Assembly: GCA_910578845.1 (NCBI GenBank)
Contig: CAJTSL010000012.1
Span: 15,144-79,143, forward strand
Length of the DNA: 64,000 nt
Reading direction: 5' to 3'
Origin: an uncultured Lachnospiraceae bacterium
Lineage (GTDB): Bacteria > Bacillota > Clostridia > Lachnospirales > Lachnospiraceae
The translations under genes and the position numbers were made by a program. This document shows positions 9,366 through 19,549 of the stretch, piece after piece. Position 1 is the stretch's first letter. Every line of letters starts with the position of its first letter. The notes beneath the pieces are model-generated. The model was not told the DNA's origin, did no database searches, and saw nothing but the letters and a program-made list of their open reading frames with translations.

Positions 9366-9947
9366 ATGCCGCCAAAGGCAAAATTTTCACGTGAAGAAAT
9401 CGTAGAAATTGCATTCGAGATTGCCCGGATGGAAGGTTTTGATAAGATTACAGCAAGGGAATTGGGAAAACGGCTGAACAGCTCGGCGCGACCGATCTTC
9501 ACTGTTTTTGAGAACATGGATGAAGTAAAGGCACAAGTAATCGGGCGCGCAAAGGCGCTGTACGGAAGCTATATAGCGGAGGCGTTAAAACAAGAATATG
9601 CCTTCAGGAGCGTAGGGGCTTCCTATATCAGGTTCTCTATGGAAGAGCCTAAGCTGTTCCAGCTTCTTTTCATGAGCACAATATCGGGGCAGATTGGCGT
9701 GGAAAGCATTTTGCCGCAAATTGATGCCAATTATGAAGACATTTTGGCATCAGTGCAAAAATATGTAGACAGCAGGGATGCTGCGGATAGGCTCTATCAG
9801 CATTTATGGATATACTCGCATGGCATTGCGACGATGTGCGCTACCGGATTATGTAGTTATACGATGGAGCAGATCAAGGAGAGAATGAGTCAGGTTTTCG
9901 TCAGTCTGTTGAGAATGGAAAAAGGGGAGCAGGAAAGGCATGATTAA
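9366..9947 (+). CDS. TetR/AcrR family transcriptional regulator
   Basis: MPPKAKFSREEIV...ITARELGKRLNSSARPIFTVF N-terminal HTH; RBS AAGGAG before ATG 9366. Confidence 0.85.
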   Translation: MPPKAKFSREEIVEIAFEIARMEGFDKITARELGKRLNSSARPIFTVFENMDEVKAQVIGRAKALYGSYIAEALKQEYAFRSVGASYIRFSMEEPKLFQLLFMSTISGQIGVESILPQIDANYEDILASVQKYVDSRDAADRLYQHLWIYSHGIATMCATGLCSYTMEQIKERMSQVFVSLLRMEKGEQERHD

Positions 9948-10632
9948 GATTGAAAATATCCATAAGTCATATGGAGCAGGGGAGAGCCTTAACGAAGTAT
10001 TGAAAGGAGTATCCCTTACGATTGCGGACGGAGATTTTGTCGTCGTATTAGGGACGTCCGGCTCGGGGAAGTCAACACTTCTTAATGTCATTTCGGGACT
10101 AGAGCCTGCGGATGAAGGCACGGTTTATTATGACGCGCAGAATGTAACAGCCATGAAAGATGAGGAATTAACAAGGTTTAGAAAGGAGTACGTCGGCTAT
10201 ATTTTCCAACAATATTTTCTCCTTCCGAACTTAAACGTTGATAAGAACGTGAAAATGGGCGCTGATCTGGCAGGAAATAAGGATTACCGTGAAATCATAA
10301 AGGCGGTGGGACTAGAAACGAAACTCCATAAATATCCTCATGAGTTAAGCGGTGGAGAGCAGCAGCGGGTTTCCGTGGCGCGGGCGCTTGCCAAAAAACC
10401 GCGGGTATTATATTTGGACGAACCGACGGGAGCGCTAGATGAAGCGACGGGCAGACAGGTTCTTGATTATATCGTTAAATTGAAAAAAGATCTGGGATTT
10501 ACGATGGTCATGGTAACGCATAACCAGAACATTGCGGACATGGCGAATACGGTTATCCGCATGAATAGTGGGAAGCTGATAGAGGAATATCATATTGAGA
10601 ATCCGAAAACGGCATATGACATAGCTTGGTAA
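9940..10632 (+). CDS. ABC transporter ATP-binding protein (LolD-like)
   Basis: [28 protein letters not shown]. Confidence 0.9.
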   Translation: MIKIENIHKSYGAGESLNEVLKGVSLTIADGDFVVVLGTSGSGKSTLLNVISGLEPADEGTVYYDAQNVTAMKDEELTRFRKEYVGYIFQQYFLLPNLNVDKNVKMGADLAGNKDYREIIKAVGLETKLHKYPHELSGGEQQRVSVARALAKKPRVLYLDEPTGALDEATGRQVLDYIVKLKKDLGFTMVMVTHNQNIADMANTVIRMNSGKLIEEYHIENPKTAYDIAW

Positions 10633-10665
10633 GGCGGAGGAGAGAAGCCGCTGCGTTGTAGAGGA

Positions 10666-11814
10666 ATGGAGGTTATGATGGTAGTCGGTTATAAAGATAT
10701 TTTCAAAATGGTAGGGATTTTAATATGCAGTTTCTGTGCGGTTTTTGTATGTACGCTTTTTCTGAATTATAATATGGACTTATCCGGCATAGAAAATCTG
10801 ATTGATACAGATATGGCGAAGATTTTATATGAAGCGCAGAGCAATGTGGCAAAAGTAGTCAGTGCAGTGTCTGGAGGGTGTTTGCTGTTGACTACTGTCG
10901 TGTTATTATGCTTTTACATTGGGCATTATATTGACACACACAAGAAACAGCTAGGTATTTTAAAGGCATTAGGCTATTCGAGGTTTGCGGTTGCAAAAGG
11001 GTTTGCGATGTTTGGATTGTCGGTTTTCCTGGGTACGGCGTTTGGGTATTTGGGGGCGGCTTTATTGATGCCGAAATTTTACGAGGCGCAGAATAAGGAA
11101 GGCTATCTGCCAGCGTTTAATGTGGGATTCCATCCGGCTTTGTGCCTGGCATTAGTGGGACTGCCTGCGATATTTTTTGCACTGCTTGCAGTTTTTTACA
11201 GTTATCAGAAGTTAAAAATCCCGGCTCTTTCATTAATGCGGGAGAGCGTAACGACAAAGGTCGTGAAAGCGAAGAAAGAATCGGATATGCCGTTTGTCGT
11301 GGAATTAAAAAACAGCAATATCAGACAGCGGAAATCGTTGGTATTTTTCATTGCTTTTGCGGTATTTTGTTTCTCAGCCATGATGCAGATGTCATTTAGC
11401 ATGGATGAACTTGCAAGCAGGATGTTTTCCATCATGACTATGTCGATTGGGTTCGTGCTTGCCAGTGTCACCTTGTTTATTGCCACCACATCGATTGTAA
11501 AGGCCAATGGGAAAACAATTACTATGATGAAGGTATTTGGATATGAGGCAAAAGAATGCGTTGGCGCTGTGCTTGGCGGCTATAGGCCATGGGCATATAT
11601 AGGGTTTGCGATAGGGACGGTTTACCAATATGGCTTATTGAAAATAGCGGTGACTGTCATCTTCGCAGACATGGAAGGCGTACCGGATTATCAGTTTGAT
11701 GTACCGGCGTTTTTGCTCACTTTGGCAGTGTTCATAGTGCTTTATGAGTCGATTATGGCCGTATATGCCAGACGGATGGGCAAACTGTCGGTGAAAGAGA
11801 TTATGCTTGAATAA
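10666..11814 (+). CDS. FtsX-like ABC transporter permease
   Basis: Multiple TM helices; KKQLGILKALGYS and ITMMKVFGY FtsX-type motifs; follows the ATPase. Confidence 0.75.
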   Translation: MEVMMVVGYKDIFKMVGILICSFCAVFVCTLFLNYNMDLSGIENLIDTDMAKILYEAQSNVAKVVSAVSGGCLLLTTVVLLCFYIGHYIDTHKKQLGILKALGYSRFAVAKGFAMFGLSVFLGTAFGYLGAALLMPKFYEAQNKEGYLPAFNVGFHPALCLALVGLPAIFFALLAVFYSYQKLKIPALSLMRESVTTKVVKAKKESDMPFVVELKNSNIRQRKSLVFFIAFAVFCFSAMMQMSFSMDELASRMFSIMTMSIGFVLASVTLFIATTSIVKANGKTITMMKVFGYEAKECVGAVLGGYRPWAYIGFAIGTVYQYGLLKIAVTVIFADMEGVPDYQFDVPAFLLTLAVFIVLYESIMAVYARRMGKLSVKEIMLE

Positions 11815-11897
11815 AGGTGTTTCCTTCCAAATGCCTTGACCGCAGTCGGAAATTGGGGATTGCCGATGCGTGTCATCGTAGGAGACTGTGGAAAAGA

Positions 11898-11927
11898 TTG
11901 ACAAATGCATTTCTAAAGTGTTATGCT
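11898..11927 (+). promoter_or_regulatory. Sigma-A promoter of glnA
   Basis: TTGACA (11898-11903), 18 bp spacer, extended -10 TGtTATGCT (11919-11927). Confidence 0.7.
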
Positions 11928-11932
11928 GATAC

Positions 11933-11997
11933 AGAACAAAGACGTTCTTATGGATCTAATGGATAGATCTGCCGGATAAGAATGTCTTTTTTCTTTT
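11933..11997 (+). promoter_or_regulatory. ANTAR-type RNA hairpins overlapping an intrinsic terminator (attenuator) in the glnA leader
   Basis: AGAAC-AAAGAC-GTTCT hexaloop hairpin (A1, G4); GGATCT-AATGGAT-AGATCT; terminator GACGTTCTTAT/ATAAGAATGTC + TTTTTTCTTTT; ANTAR gene directly after glnA. Confidence 0.65.
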
Positions 11998-12096
11998 CCA
12001 AAGGGTGATCGGTGCAAATAATGATGACATTTAATTAAAAAGAAGACTAAGAGGTCAGACAATAGGTGAAGTTCAGGGTATTGTCTGATTAATCCT

Positions 12097-12148
12097 TAGG
12101 CGATTGCGAAACTAGGTTTTGGGAAATTGGAGTTTCGCTAATCACCTA
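12097..12148. repeat. MITE/REP-like palindromic element
   Basis: TAGGCGATTGCGAAACTAGGTTTTGGGAAATTGGAGTTTCGCTAATCACCTA. Confidence 0.7.
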
Positions 12149-12183
12149 AATTAATCCAATATGAAGGGAGCGTATGATACGAG

Positions 12184-13518
12184 ATGAAGAAGAACTATAC
12201 GAAACAAGATATTATCCGCATAGTGGAGGAGGAAGATGTAGAATTTATCCGCTTGCAATTTACCGATATTTTCGGTAATTTGAAGAACGTCGCCATTACG
12301 GTGAGCCAGTTAGAAAAGGCATTGAATAATGAATGCATGTTTGACGGCTCTTCCATTGAAGGTTTTGCGAGGATAGAAGAATCGGATATGTATTTATACC
12401 CGGATCTGGATACCTTTGAGATTTTCCCTTGGAGGCCGCAGCAGGGGAAGGTGGCAAGGCTGATTTGCGACGTATACCGCCCGAACGGAGCGCCATTTGA
12501 GGGAGACCCGCGCTATATCCTCAAACGTGCCGTGAAAGAAGCGGCAGACTTAGGATATGTCTTTGAAGTCGGGCCGGAGTGCGAGTTTTTCTTATTCAAT
12601 ACGGACGAGAATGCATTGCCGACGACAATAACGCATGAGCAAGCGGGATATTTTGATCTGGGGCCGGTAGATTTCGGGGAGAATGCAAGGCGCGACATAG
12701 TGTTAACGTTAGAAGATATGGGATTTGTCGTGGAAGCGTCCCATCATGAAGTGGCGCCGGCGCAGCATGAGATAGATTTCCGTTATGACGATGCATTGAC
12801 GACAGCGGATCATATTATGACGTTTAAGCTGGCTGTCAAGACGATAGCCAAGCGGCACGGGCTGCATGCGACCTTTATGCCGAAGCCTAAGTCTGGTGTG
12901 AATGGCTCGGGAATGCATATTAATATGTCTTTGTCCAAAGAAGGCAAGAATATCTTCGCAGATGCGGACGATAAGTTTGGGCTGAGCAAAGAAGCCTATT
13001 ATTTTATCGGTGGCATTATGGAGCATATGAAAGGCATGGCGGCCATTACCAATCCATTAGTCAATTCTTATAAGAGGCTGGTACCTGGGTTTGAGGCGCC
13101 AGTGTATATTGCATGGAGCGCGACGAATAGGAGCCCGTTGATCAGGATACCAGCGACACATGGCAAGGGAACCAGGATAGAGCTGCGTTGCCCGGACCCG
13201 GCAGCGAATCCGTACCTTGCCTTCGCCGTTTGCCTGCGGGCAGGGCTCGACGGCATCTCCAAGCAGATTATGCCACCGCCAAGCGTGGATTGTAATATAT
13301 TTGAAATGAGCAGCGGGCAAAAGAGCGCATATGGCATTGAAGAGATACCGGGAACTTTGATGGAGGCTGTTTATCATATGGAAAAAGATGATTTTGTAAG
13401 AGAAGTCTTAGGAGAACATACGTATTGTAAATACATTAGTGCCAAGAAAGAAGAATGGCACCGTTACCGCTCTCAAGTAACGGATTGGGAAATCAAAGAG
13501 TATCTCAATCAATTTTAA
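12184..13518 (+). CDS. glnA: Glutamine synthetase type I
   Basis: [69 protein letters not shown]. Confidence 0.97.
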   Translation: MKKNYTKQDIIRIVEEEDVEFIRLQFTDIFGNLKNVAITVSQLEKALNNECMFDGSSIEGFARIEESDMYLYPDLDTFEIFPWRPQQGKVARLICDVYRPNGAPFEGDPRYILKRAVKEAADLGYVFEVGPECEFFLFNTDENALPTTITHEQAGYFDLGPVDFGENARRDIVLTLEDMGFVVEASHHEVAPAQHEIDFRYDDALTTADHIMTFKLAVKTIAKRHGLHATFMPKPKSGVNGSGMHINMSLSKEGKNIFADADDKFGLSKEAYYFIGGIMEHMKGMAAITNPLVNSYKRLVPGFEAPVYIAWSATNRSPLIRIPATHGKGTRIELRCPDPAANPYLAFAVCLRAGLDGISKQIMPPPSVDCNIFEMSSGQKSAYGIEEIPGTLMEAVYHMEKDDFVREVLGEHTYCKYISAKKEEWHRYRSQVTDWEIKEYLNQF

Positions 13519-13603
13519 TCATATTTTACTACATTTCTGCGTTTCTTTTTGCGCATAATTTGGTATAACGAGTTTGTGGTACTGATAGATAGGGGGTGGG
13601 CGT

Positions 13604-14149
13604 GTGATTCCTATAATCGTTGCTTTGCCGAAAGCGGCAGATGCAAAGGGCATCCGTGCGATTCTGATGAAGCATGATTTTACTGTTGTGGCGGCGTGTA
13701 CGACAGGGGCGCAAGTCTTAAGCCAGATTGATGATTGGAATGATGGGATCGTGATATGCGGATATAAGCTGGCGGATATGATCTATTCGGAATTGCACGA
13801 GTGCCTTCCGGATTCGGTAGATATGATGGTTATGGCTTCGCGAAATGTGATGAGCGAATGTATCGGGGACGATATCGTATGCCTTGCCATGCCGCTTAAA
13901 GTGCATGATTTGGTCGATGTGACGGCGATGATGTGCCAGTCGGTTATGCGCAGGCGCAAGAAGGCAAGACAGAAGCCAAAAGTGCGGGATGAGAAGGAAA
14001 TCGTCCTGATTAAGGAAGCAAAGGAATTACTGATGGCGCGTAACAATATGACGGAAGAGGAAGCGCACCGGTATATTCAGAAATGCAGCATGGACAGTGG
14101 GACAAATATGGCGGAAACGGCACAAATGGTGCTGACGATGATGAATTAG
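13604..14149 (+). CDS. ANTAR-domain antiterminator with degenerate receiver domain (NitR/AmiR/NasT-like)
   Basis: C-terminal ANTAR IKEAKELLMARNNMTEEEAHRYIQKCSMDSG; N-terminal receiver-like region without the canonical phospho-Asp (IVICGYKL). Confidence 0.85.
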   Translation: MIPIIVALPKAADAKGIRAILMKHDFTVVAACTTGAQVLSQIDDWNDGIVICGYKLADMIYSELHECLPDSVDMMVMASRNVMSECIGDDIVCLAMPLKVHDLVDVTAMMCQSVMRRRKKARQKPKVRDEKEIVLIKEAKELLMARNNMTEEEAHRYIQKCSMDSGTNMAETAQMVLTMMN

Positions 14150-14201
14150 CAGCGTATTGTATGGAACGTGCGAAGCGGCATTCGTTTCGCATAAAACACT
14201 A

Positions 14202-14229
14202 TTGACAGTCAAATGATATCGGTTAGAAT
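14202..14229 (+). promoter_or_regulatory. Sigma-A promoter of the GH120 gene
   Basis: TTGACA, 16 bp spacer, TAGAAT. Confidence 0.55.
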
Positions 14230-14264
14230 GTTATTATCACGTATGAAAGACAGGAGGATTGTCA

Positions 14265-16274
14265 ATGCAATATTATGTATCGACCGATGTAGAACGGACA
14301 GGCAACGGGACAAAAGAGCAACCGTTTGCGACGATCCAGGAAGCGGCGCAGGTAGCAAAAGCAGGAGATGAGGTCATTGTGGCACCCGGTATTTACCGGG
14401 AGGCAGTAAATCCACGCTTTGCCGGGAAAGAAGATGCCCGTATCGTATACCGCTCTATGGAAAAAGGAAAGGCTGTCATTACGGGCGCGGAACCTGTGAC
14501 GGCATGGGAGAAAGTGGAGGGGAACGTATGGAAGTGCGTTGTGCCCAATGCTTTGTTTGGGAGCTATAACCCTTTCACAACGCTTGTCAGCGGGGATTGG
14601 TTCATTGCTTCGTTCATTGCCCATACAGGAGAGGTATATTTGAATGATAAGGCTATGTATGAGGTAACTTCCCTGGAACAGGTAAAGCAGCCTGTTGCGT
14701 CGAAGAGTTCGTGGGAGCCGGACTTTTCCGTGTATACATGGTTCGCGGAGCAAGATGAAGAAGCGGACGCGACGTTAATCTATGCAAACTTCCATGAGTT
14801 TGATCCACGGAAGGAGAACGTAGAGATTAATGTGCGCAGGAATTGTTTTTACCCGGAAGAAGAAGGCATCGGCTACATTACGCTTAGCGGGTTTAGCGTG
14901 ACAAAAGCAGCGACACAATGGGCGCCGCCGACAGCTTATCAGGAGGGAATGATTGGCCCTCATTGGTCAAAGGGCTGGATTATTGAAGATTGTGAGGTTT
15001 CCCATTCTAAATGCAGCGGCATCTCTCTTGGCAAATATCTACAGCCGCAGAATGATAACAAATGGCTGAAATGGAAATACAAAGACGGCACGCAGACAGA
15101 GCGTGATTGTATCTGTCAGGCACAGAGGGAAGGGTGGAGCAAGGAGCGGACCGGTTCTCATGTGATCCGCAGATGTAATATCCATGACTGTGGGCAGACC
15201 GGCATCGTCGGACATTTAGGCGGTGTTTTCTCGGTGATTGAGGACAACCATATCCATCATATCAATAACCGCCAGAATTTAGCGGGGGCGGAAATCGGCG
15301 GTATTAAAATGCATGCGGCGATTGATGTGACAATCCGTAGGAACCATTTCCATCATTGTACCCGTGGATTGTGGCTTGACTGGCAGGCACAGGGGACACG
15401 AGTGTCTTGTAATTTATTCCATGACAATACGCTCCCATTTCCCCATTTATTGTCAGAAGAAGGCATGACAGGTATCGGAGAGGATATTTTCATAGAAGTA
15501 TCGCATGGGCCGACGCTAATTGACCATAATCTCTTGCTCTCTAAACGTTCGCTCAAATTACCGACACAGGGGGTTGCAGTAGTGCATAACCTGATCGGCG
15601 GTGCGCTTACGTGTGTGGGAAGAGGTGTGGACAATGGAGCGAAAACATTGATTTCTCCGCGCTATACGCCGTATCATTTACCTCACCGTACCGAGATTGC
15701 AGGCTTCATGACGATTCTCCACGGCGATATGCGCTTCTATAATAATGTGTTCATACAGCCGCAGATGGAGCCTTTTTTCAAGCAAGTAGAGGAGCGTTCC
15801 ACATCGGAGTGGGATGATTTTAATACAGTTGGTGGGACGAAGCCGTATGACGGCTATCGGACAGAGGAAGAATGGAAGCAGGAATTTGAAGGATATTGTG
15901 GCATGGGATCTGAGCCAAGCGACAGGTATTACATCTCTCTTCCCGTATGGACGGGCGGAAACTATTATTTTAACGGCGCAAAGCCGTGCGATAAGGAAAA
16001 AGACTTCATAGAAGACAAGGAACATACGATTGTCTTAGAGTTAAAGGAGGAAGACGGGAAAACCGTGTTACATACCAACTTGGGACAATTTATATCGTCT
16101 GGAAATCAAAAAATGATAACAACGGAAGTACTGGGCATAGCGTTTGAACCAGAACAGCGTTTTGAAAATCCGGATGGGACGGATATTATCTTCGATGAGG
16201 ATTACTTCGGCACAAAGAAGACGGACGTGTTGCCAGGGCCTTTTGCAAACATAGCGGATAAGTTAGTTTTGTAA
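14265..16274 (+). CDS. GH120-like beta-xylosidase (right-handed beta-helix)
   Basis: Motifs recognised from XylC-type GH120: PGIYREAVNP, EINVRRNCFYP, WAPPTAYQEGMIGPHWSKGWIIEDC, GLWLDWQAQG, IEVSHGP; RBS AGGAGG. Confidence 0.8.
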   Translation: MQYYVSTDVERTGNGTKEQPFATIQEAAQVAKAGDEVIVAPGIYREAVNPRFAGKEDARIVYRSMEKGKAVITGAEPVTAWEKVEGNVWKCVVPNALFGSYNPFTTLVSGDWFIASFIAHTGEVYLNDKAMYEVTSLEQVKQPVASKSSWEPDFSVYTWFAEQDEEADATLIYANFHEFDPRKENVEINVRRNCFYPEEEGIGYITLSGFSVTKAATQWAPPTAYQEGMIGPHWSKGWIIEDCEVSHSKCSGISLGKYLQPQNDNKWLKWKYKDGTQTERDCICQAQREGWSKERTGSHVIRRCNIHDCGQTGIVGHLGGVFSVIEDNHIHHINNRQNLAGAEIGGIKMHAAIDVTIRRNHFHHCTRGLWLDWQAQGTRVSCNLFHDNTLPFPHLLSEEGMTGIGEDIFIEVSHGPTLIDHNLLLSKRSLKLPTQGVAVVHNLIGGALTCVGRGVDNGAKTLISPRYTPYHLPHRTEIAGFMTILHGDMRFYNNVFIQPQMEPFFKQVEERSTSEWDDFNTVGGTKPYDGYRTEEEWKQEFEGYCGMGSEPSDRYYISLPVWTGGNYYFNGAKPCDKEKDFIEDKEHTIVLELKEEDGKTVLHTNLGQFISSGNQKMITTEVLGIAFEPEQRFENPDGTDIIFDEDYFGTKKTDVLPGPFANIADKLVL

Positions 16275-16427
16275 AATTTGATAGCTGTTCCTTTTCTCCC
16301 TGTAATATGATACAATAGCATTGTTTGTGTGCAAAACCAGGACAAAATCTGGACAATAGCAGAAAGTTTGTGCATCCAGGCAGCTGTATGTGGAATATAC
16401 AGGGAGAAATGGAATTAAGAGGATAAA

Positions 16428-16610
16428 ATTGAAAATAAAAAGATAAGATAGAAAATTAAGAAGATATAAGATAGAAAATAAAAGATATAAAATAGAAAAT
16501 AAGAAGATATAGGATAGAAAATAAAAAGATATAAGATAGAAAATAAAAAGATATAAGATAGAAAAAAGAAGACAAGTAGAAATAGAAGATAAAAATGAAA
16601 TAAAAGACTA
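16428..16610 (+). repeat. Low-complexity purine-rich tandem repeat (about 8 units of 20-23 bp)
   Basis: AAAATAAAAAGATATAAGATAG and variants; almost no C on the + strand. Confidence 0.85.
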
Positions 16611-16613
16611 AAA

Positions 16614-18760
16614 ATGGAAGATAAAGCAGGAGCGGTCAGAGACGTTATGGCGATGAAATTATCAGGCATTGAGAAGTTTAAGAAGTGGTTATTTAAAGTA
16701 TCGGATTACTTTGATGAGAGTTTGGCATTTACGGCGGTCAGACAGGGGATGATCATGCTGATTCCTTTATTAGTGCTTGGCGCTATGGCATTGATGTTGA
16801 GCAGCCTGCCGATCCCGTTGTACCAGGAAATGTTGTCGAAGATTTTCAATGGGAAGCTGGTAGAGCTTCTTCAATTTGTCCGTAGCGCATCGCTTGATTT
16901 GTTCGCGGTTGCCCTAGCAATGACGACAAGTGTTAGTTATGCTTCGCTAAAACGCAAAGAGAAAGGCGTCGGGATTGGGGATGCTGTAATGGTAATGCTG
17001 ATCGCATTAGTTTCTCTTGCCGGTTATTTGGGCATTCAGGAGGAAGGGTTTTCGGTTGCGGCGCTTGGGACAATCAATATTTTCACGGCATTGCTTGTCA
17101 CTTTATTGTCAGGATTTCTCTTTTTTCAAATCAAAGAGAAGGGGCTTTTTCGGATCCGGCATCGGGGAATGGAGGCAGACGGACTCTATGTGGATGCAGT
17201 CTCAGGCATTGTCCCGGCATTATTGATTGTTGTTTTTTTGGCATTCTGCGGCAAGTGTTTATAGCGCTTTTCCATGTAGATTCCCTACAGGCTCTCTTAG
17301 AATCAGTGGTAGATGTGCTGCTTGGATGGATTGACAATGATCTTGCCGGAGCTATTGTTACATTGTTATTAGAGCAGGGGATGTGGTTTGTCGGTATCCA
17401 CGGCAGTAATGTACTCGACCCGGTCATGCAGGAGAATTTCCTTGGTATGAGCGGAGCTTCGGTATATAGCAAGTCGTTCCATGATGTGTTCATTTTGCTG
17501 GGGGGCTCCGGTTCGGTATTGTGCCTGGTGATTGCCATTTTACTGTTTTCCAAGAAAGTCAGCATCAGGAATGTATCCAAATTGTCATTGCCGACCGTGA
17601 TTTTTAATATCAGTGAGATTGCTTCGTTCGGGATACCGATTATTTTGAATCCGATTTTCCTGATTCCCTATATATGCGTGCCGCTTGTATTATGCTTGAT
17701 ATCATATGCTGCGGTTTATGTCGGGATTGTTCCGCCGGTGCTTCATGAGGTAGGATGGACGACGCCGATATTCCTTAGCGGCTATCAGGCAACAGGTTCG
17801 CTTGCCGGGAGCTTCTTACAGGCGGCATGCCTGGTGGTAGGCGTTTTGCTCTATCTTCCTTTTCTGCGTCTGTTCGAAGAGCGGGATGTGAGATGCCTGG
17901 TGAAGAATGTAAAAGAATTAACGAAAGAGCTGCAAAGGCAGGAAGCGACGAATGCCATTGCATCCTTGACAGAACGTAGCGATTTATTAGGCGGTGTAGC
18001 CAGATCGCTTGCAGCGGATTTGGAAGATGCTGTCAAGAACCGGAAGTTGTTCCTATTGTACCAGCCGCAAGTCGATAATGAAGGGAACCATATGGGCGCA
18101 GAAGCGCTAATCCGTTGGGATCATCCGATTGCAGGACTGATCTATCCGCCTTTGATCATCCAGCTAGCCAAAGAAAGGAAGATGCTGCATGATATAGAGG
18201 CATATTTATTTGATGAGGCGGCGCATGCGGTAGTGGAAGTGGGCAAGGTGGTAACGTCGAATTTTAAAATATCGGTGAATATTACCAATGAATCGCTTGC
18301 ATGGGAGGAATTCGAAGAATGCCTTGCCGAAACAGTGCGAAAGCATGATATTTCGCCCAAGCGCTTATGGCTTGAGATAACGGAGCAGGATGCGCTGGTG
18401 ACATCGGCTGCGTTGTTAGATAAGATACAGCGGTTAAAAGAGCGCGGACATAAATTCTTAATCGACGATTTTGGCATGGGGCATACGTCGCTTACTTATT
18501 TACAGACCAGTCATTTTGGGGTTGTCAAACTCGATGGCTCCCTGACGAGGGATGTGCTGGAAAATAGCAGGAACCAGAATATCATAGCGGCTATTACCGA
18601 GCTTGGCAAATCGTTGCATTTTGATACGGTGGCGGAGTATGTGGAGTCGGATGCGCAGCGGGATAAACTATTAGAACTTGGCTGCAACGGCTTCCAAGGG
18701 TATCTGTATAGCAAACCGGTATCCTTGGAAGAGTTGCTTGTATGGATGCGGGAACATTGA
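16614..18760 (+). pseudogene. PTS IIC (Lac/Cel family)-EAL phosphodiesterase fusion, frameshifted at a T7 run (17233-17239)
   Basis: ORF 16614-17264 has a IIC N-terminus (AVRQGMIMLIP); ORF 17255-18760 has WFVGIHG, IFNISE, GIPIILNP, then EAL motifs AEALIRW, EITE, IDDFGMG, AEYVE, QGYLYSKP; adding one T joins them into a 715-aa ORF. Confidence 0.75.
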
Positions 18761-18781
18761 TTGTAATAAACGATTACACGG

Positions 18782-19549
18782 TTACATTGCCTCCTTCATG
18801 GCCTTGACGTAATCCCCGATATAGGCAGGGGCATCTTTCCCGTATTTTTCCAGTAAACTGACGATAGCGGAACCGACGATGGCTCCGTCCGCGATAGCCG
18901 CCATGTCTTTTGCCTGTTCGGGCGTAGCGATGTCGCATCCGATTGCACAGGGAATGTCAGCGTATTGGCGGGCGATCTGGACGATGGAGGAAAGGCTGGC
19001 CTTAATTTCGCTCTTGGCGTCGGTGGTGCCAAGGGATGATGCGATATAGAGAAATCCTTCCGCTTCTTTGGCAATCATGGCAATACGGTTTTGCGAGGTT
19101 GGCGCTATCAGTGATATGAAACCAATGCCATATTTGTGGCAGCTTGGCAGGAATTCCTCTTTTTCTTCAAACGGCAGATCAGGCAAGATCAGCCCGTCAA
19201 TGCCAATTTCCTGACAGGTGGCAAGAAAACGCTCTGTGCCGTAAGAGAAGACAACATTTGCATAAGTCGTGAACACCAGCGGTATGGAGATGTCATGCCG
19301 CAGGTTCTTTACAAATGTAAAAATCTGGTCGGTTGTTACACCGCCATTTAGCGCACGGACATTGGCGCCATGTATGACGGGGCCTTCTGCGGTGGGATCA
19401 GAAAAAGGGATCCCCAGTTCAATTAAATCGGCGCCGTTTTCTACGGCAGCATGGATGGCTGCGGCTGTTGTATCCAGGTCCGGGTCGCCGCAGGTGATGA
19501 AGGCGATAAATGCCTTTCCGTTTCTAAAAGCTTCTTTGATCTTATTCAT
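18782..19549 (-). CDS. trpA: Tryptophan synthase alpha subunit (degenerate active-site motifs)
   Basis: [41 protein letters not shown]; start overlaps trpB stop. Confidence 0.92.
   Translation of the reverse strand: MNKIKEAFRNGKAFIAFITCGDPDLDTTAAAIHAAVENGADLIELGIPFSDPTAEGPVIHGANVRALNGGVTTDQIFTFVKNLRHDISIPLVFTTYANVVFSYGTERFLATCQEIGIDGLILPDLPFEEKEEFLPSCHKYGIGFISLIAPTSQNRIAMIAKEAEGFLYIASSLGTTDAKSEIKASLSSIVQIARQYADIPCAIGCDIATPEQAKDMAAIADGAIVGSAIVSLLEKYGKDAPAYIGDYVKAMKEAM

Noticed and set aside
12013..12029. GlnR/TnrA-like box TGCAA-N7-TGACA in the glnA leader
   Set aside because: One mismatch to TGTNA-N7-TNACA, far downstream of the promoter, and no glnR in the window; may be chance.
16325..16400. 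c-di-GMP riboswitch upstream of the EAL gene (GCAAAACC)
   Set aside because: No recognisable GEMM P1/P2 with GNRA tetraloop and receptor; only short AAAANCNGGACA direct repeats.
16428..16610. Possible CRISPR array
   Set aside because: Units abut with no unique spacers, are low-complexity, and no cas genes are present.
16415..16669. 84-aa hydrophobic minus-strand ORF
   Set aside because: Artefact of translating the T-rich strand of the repeat.
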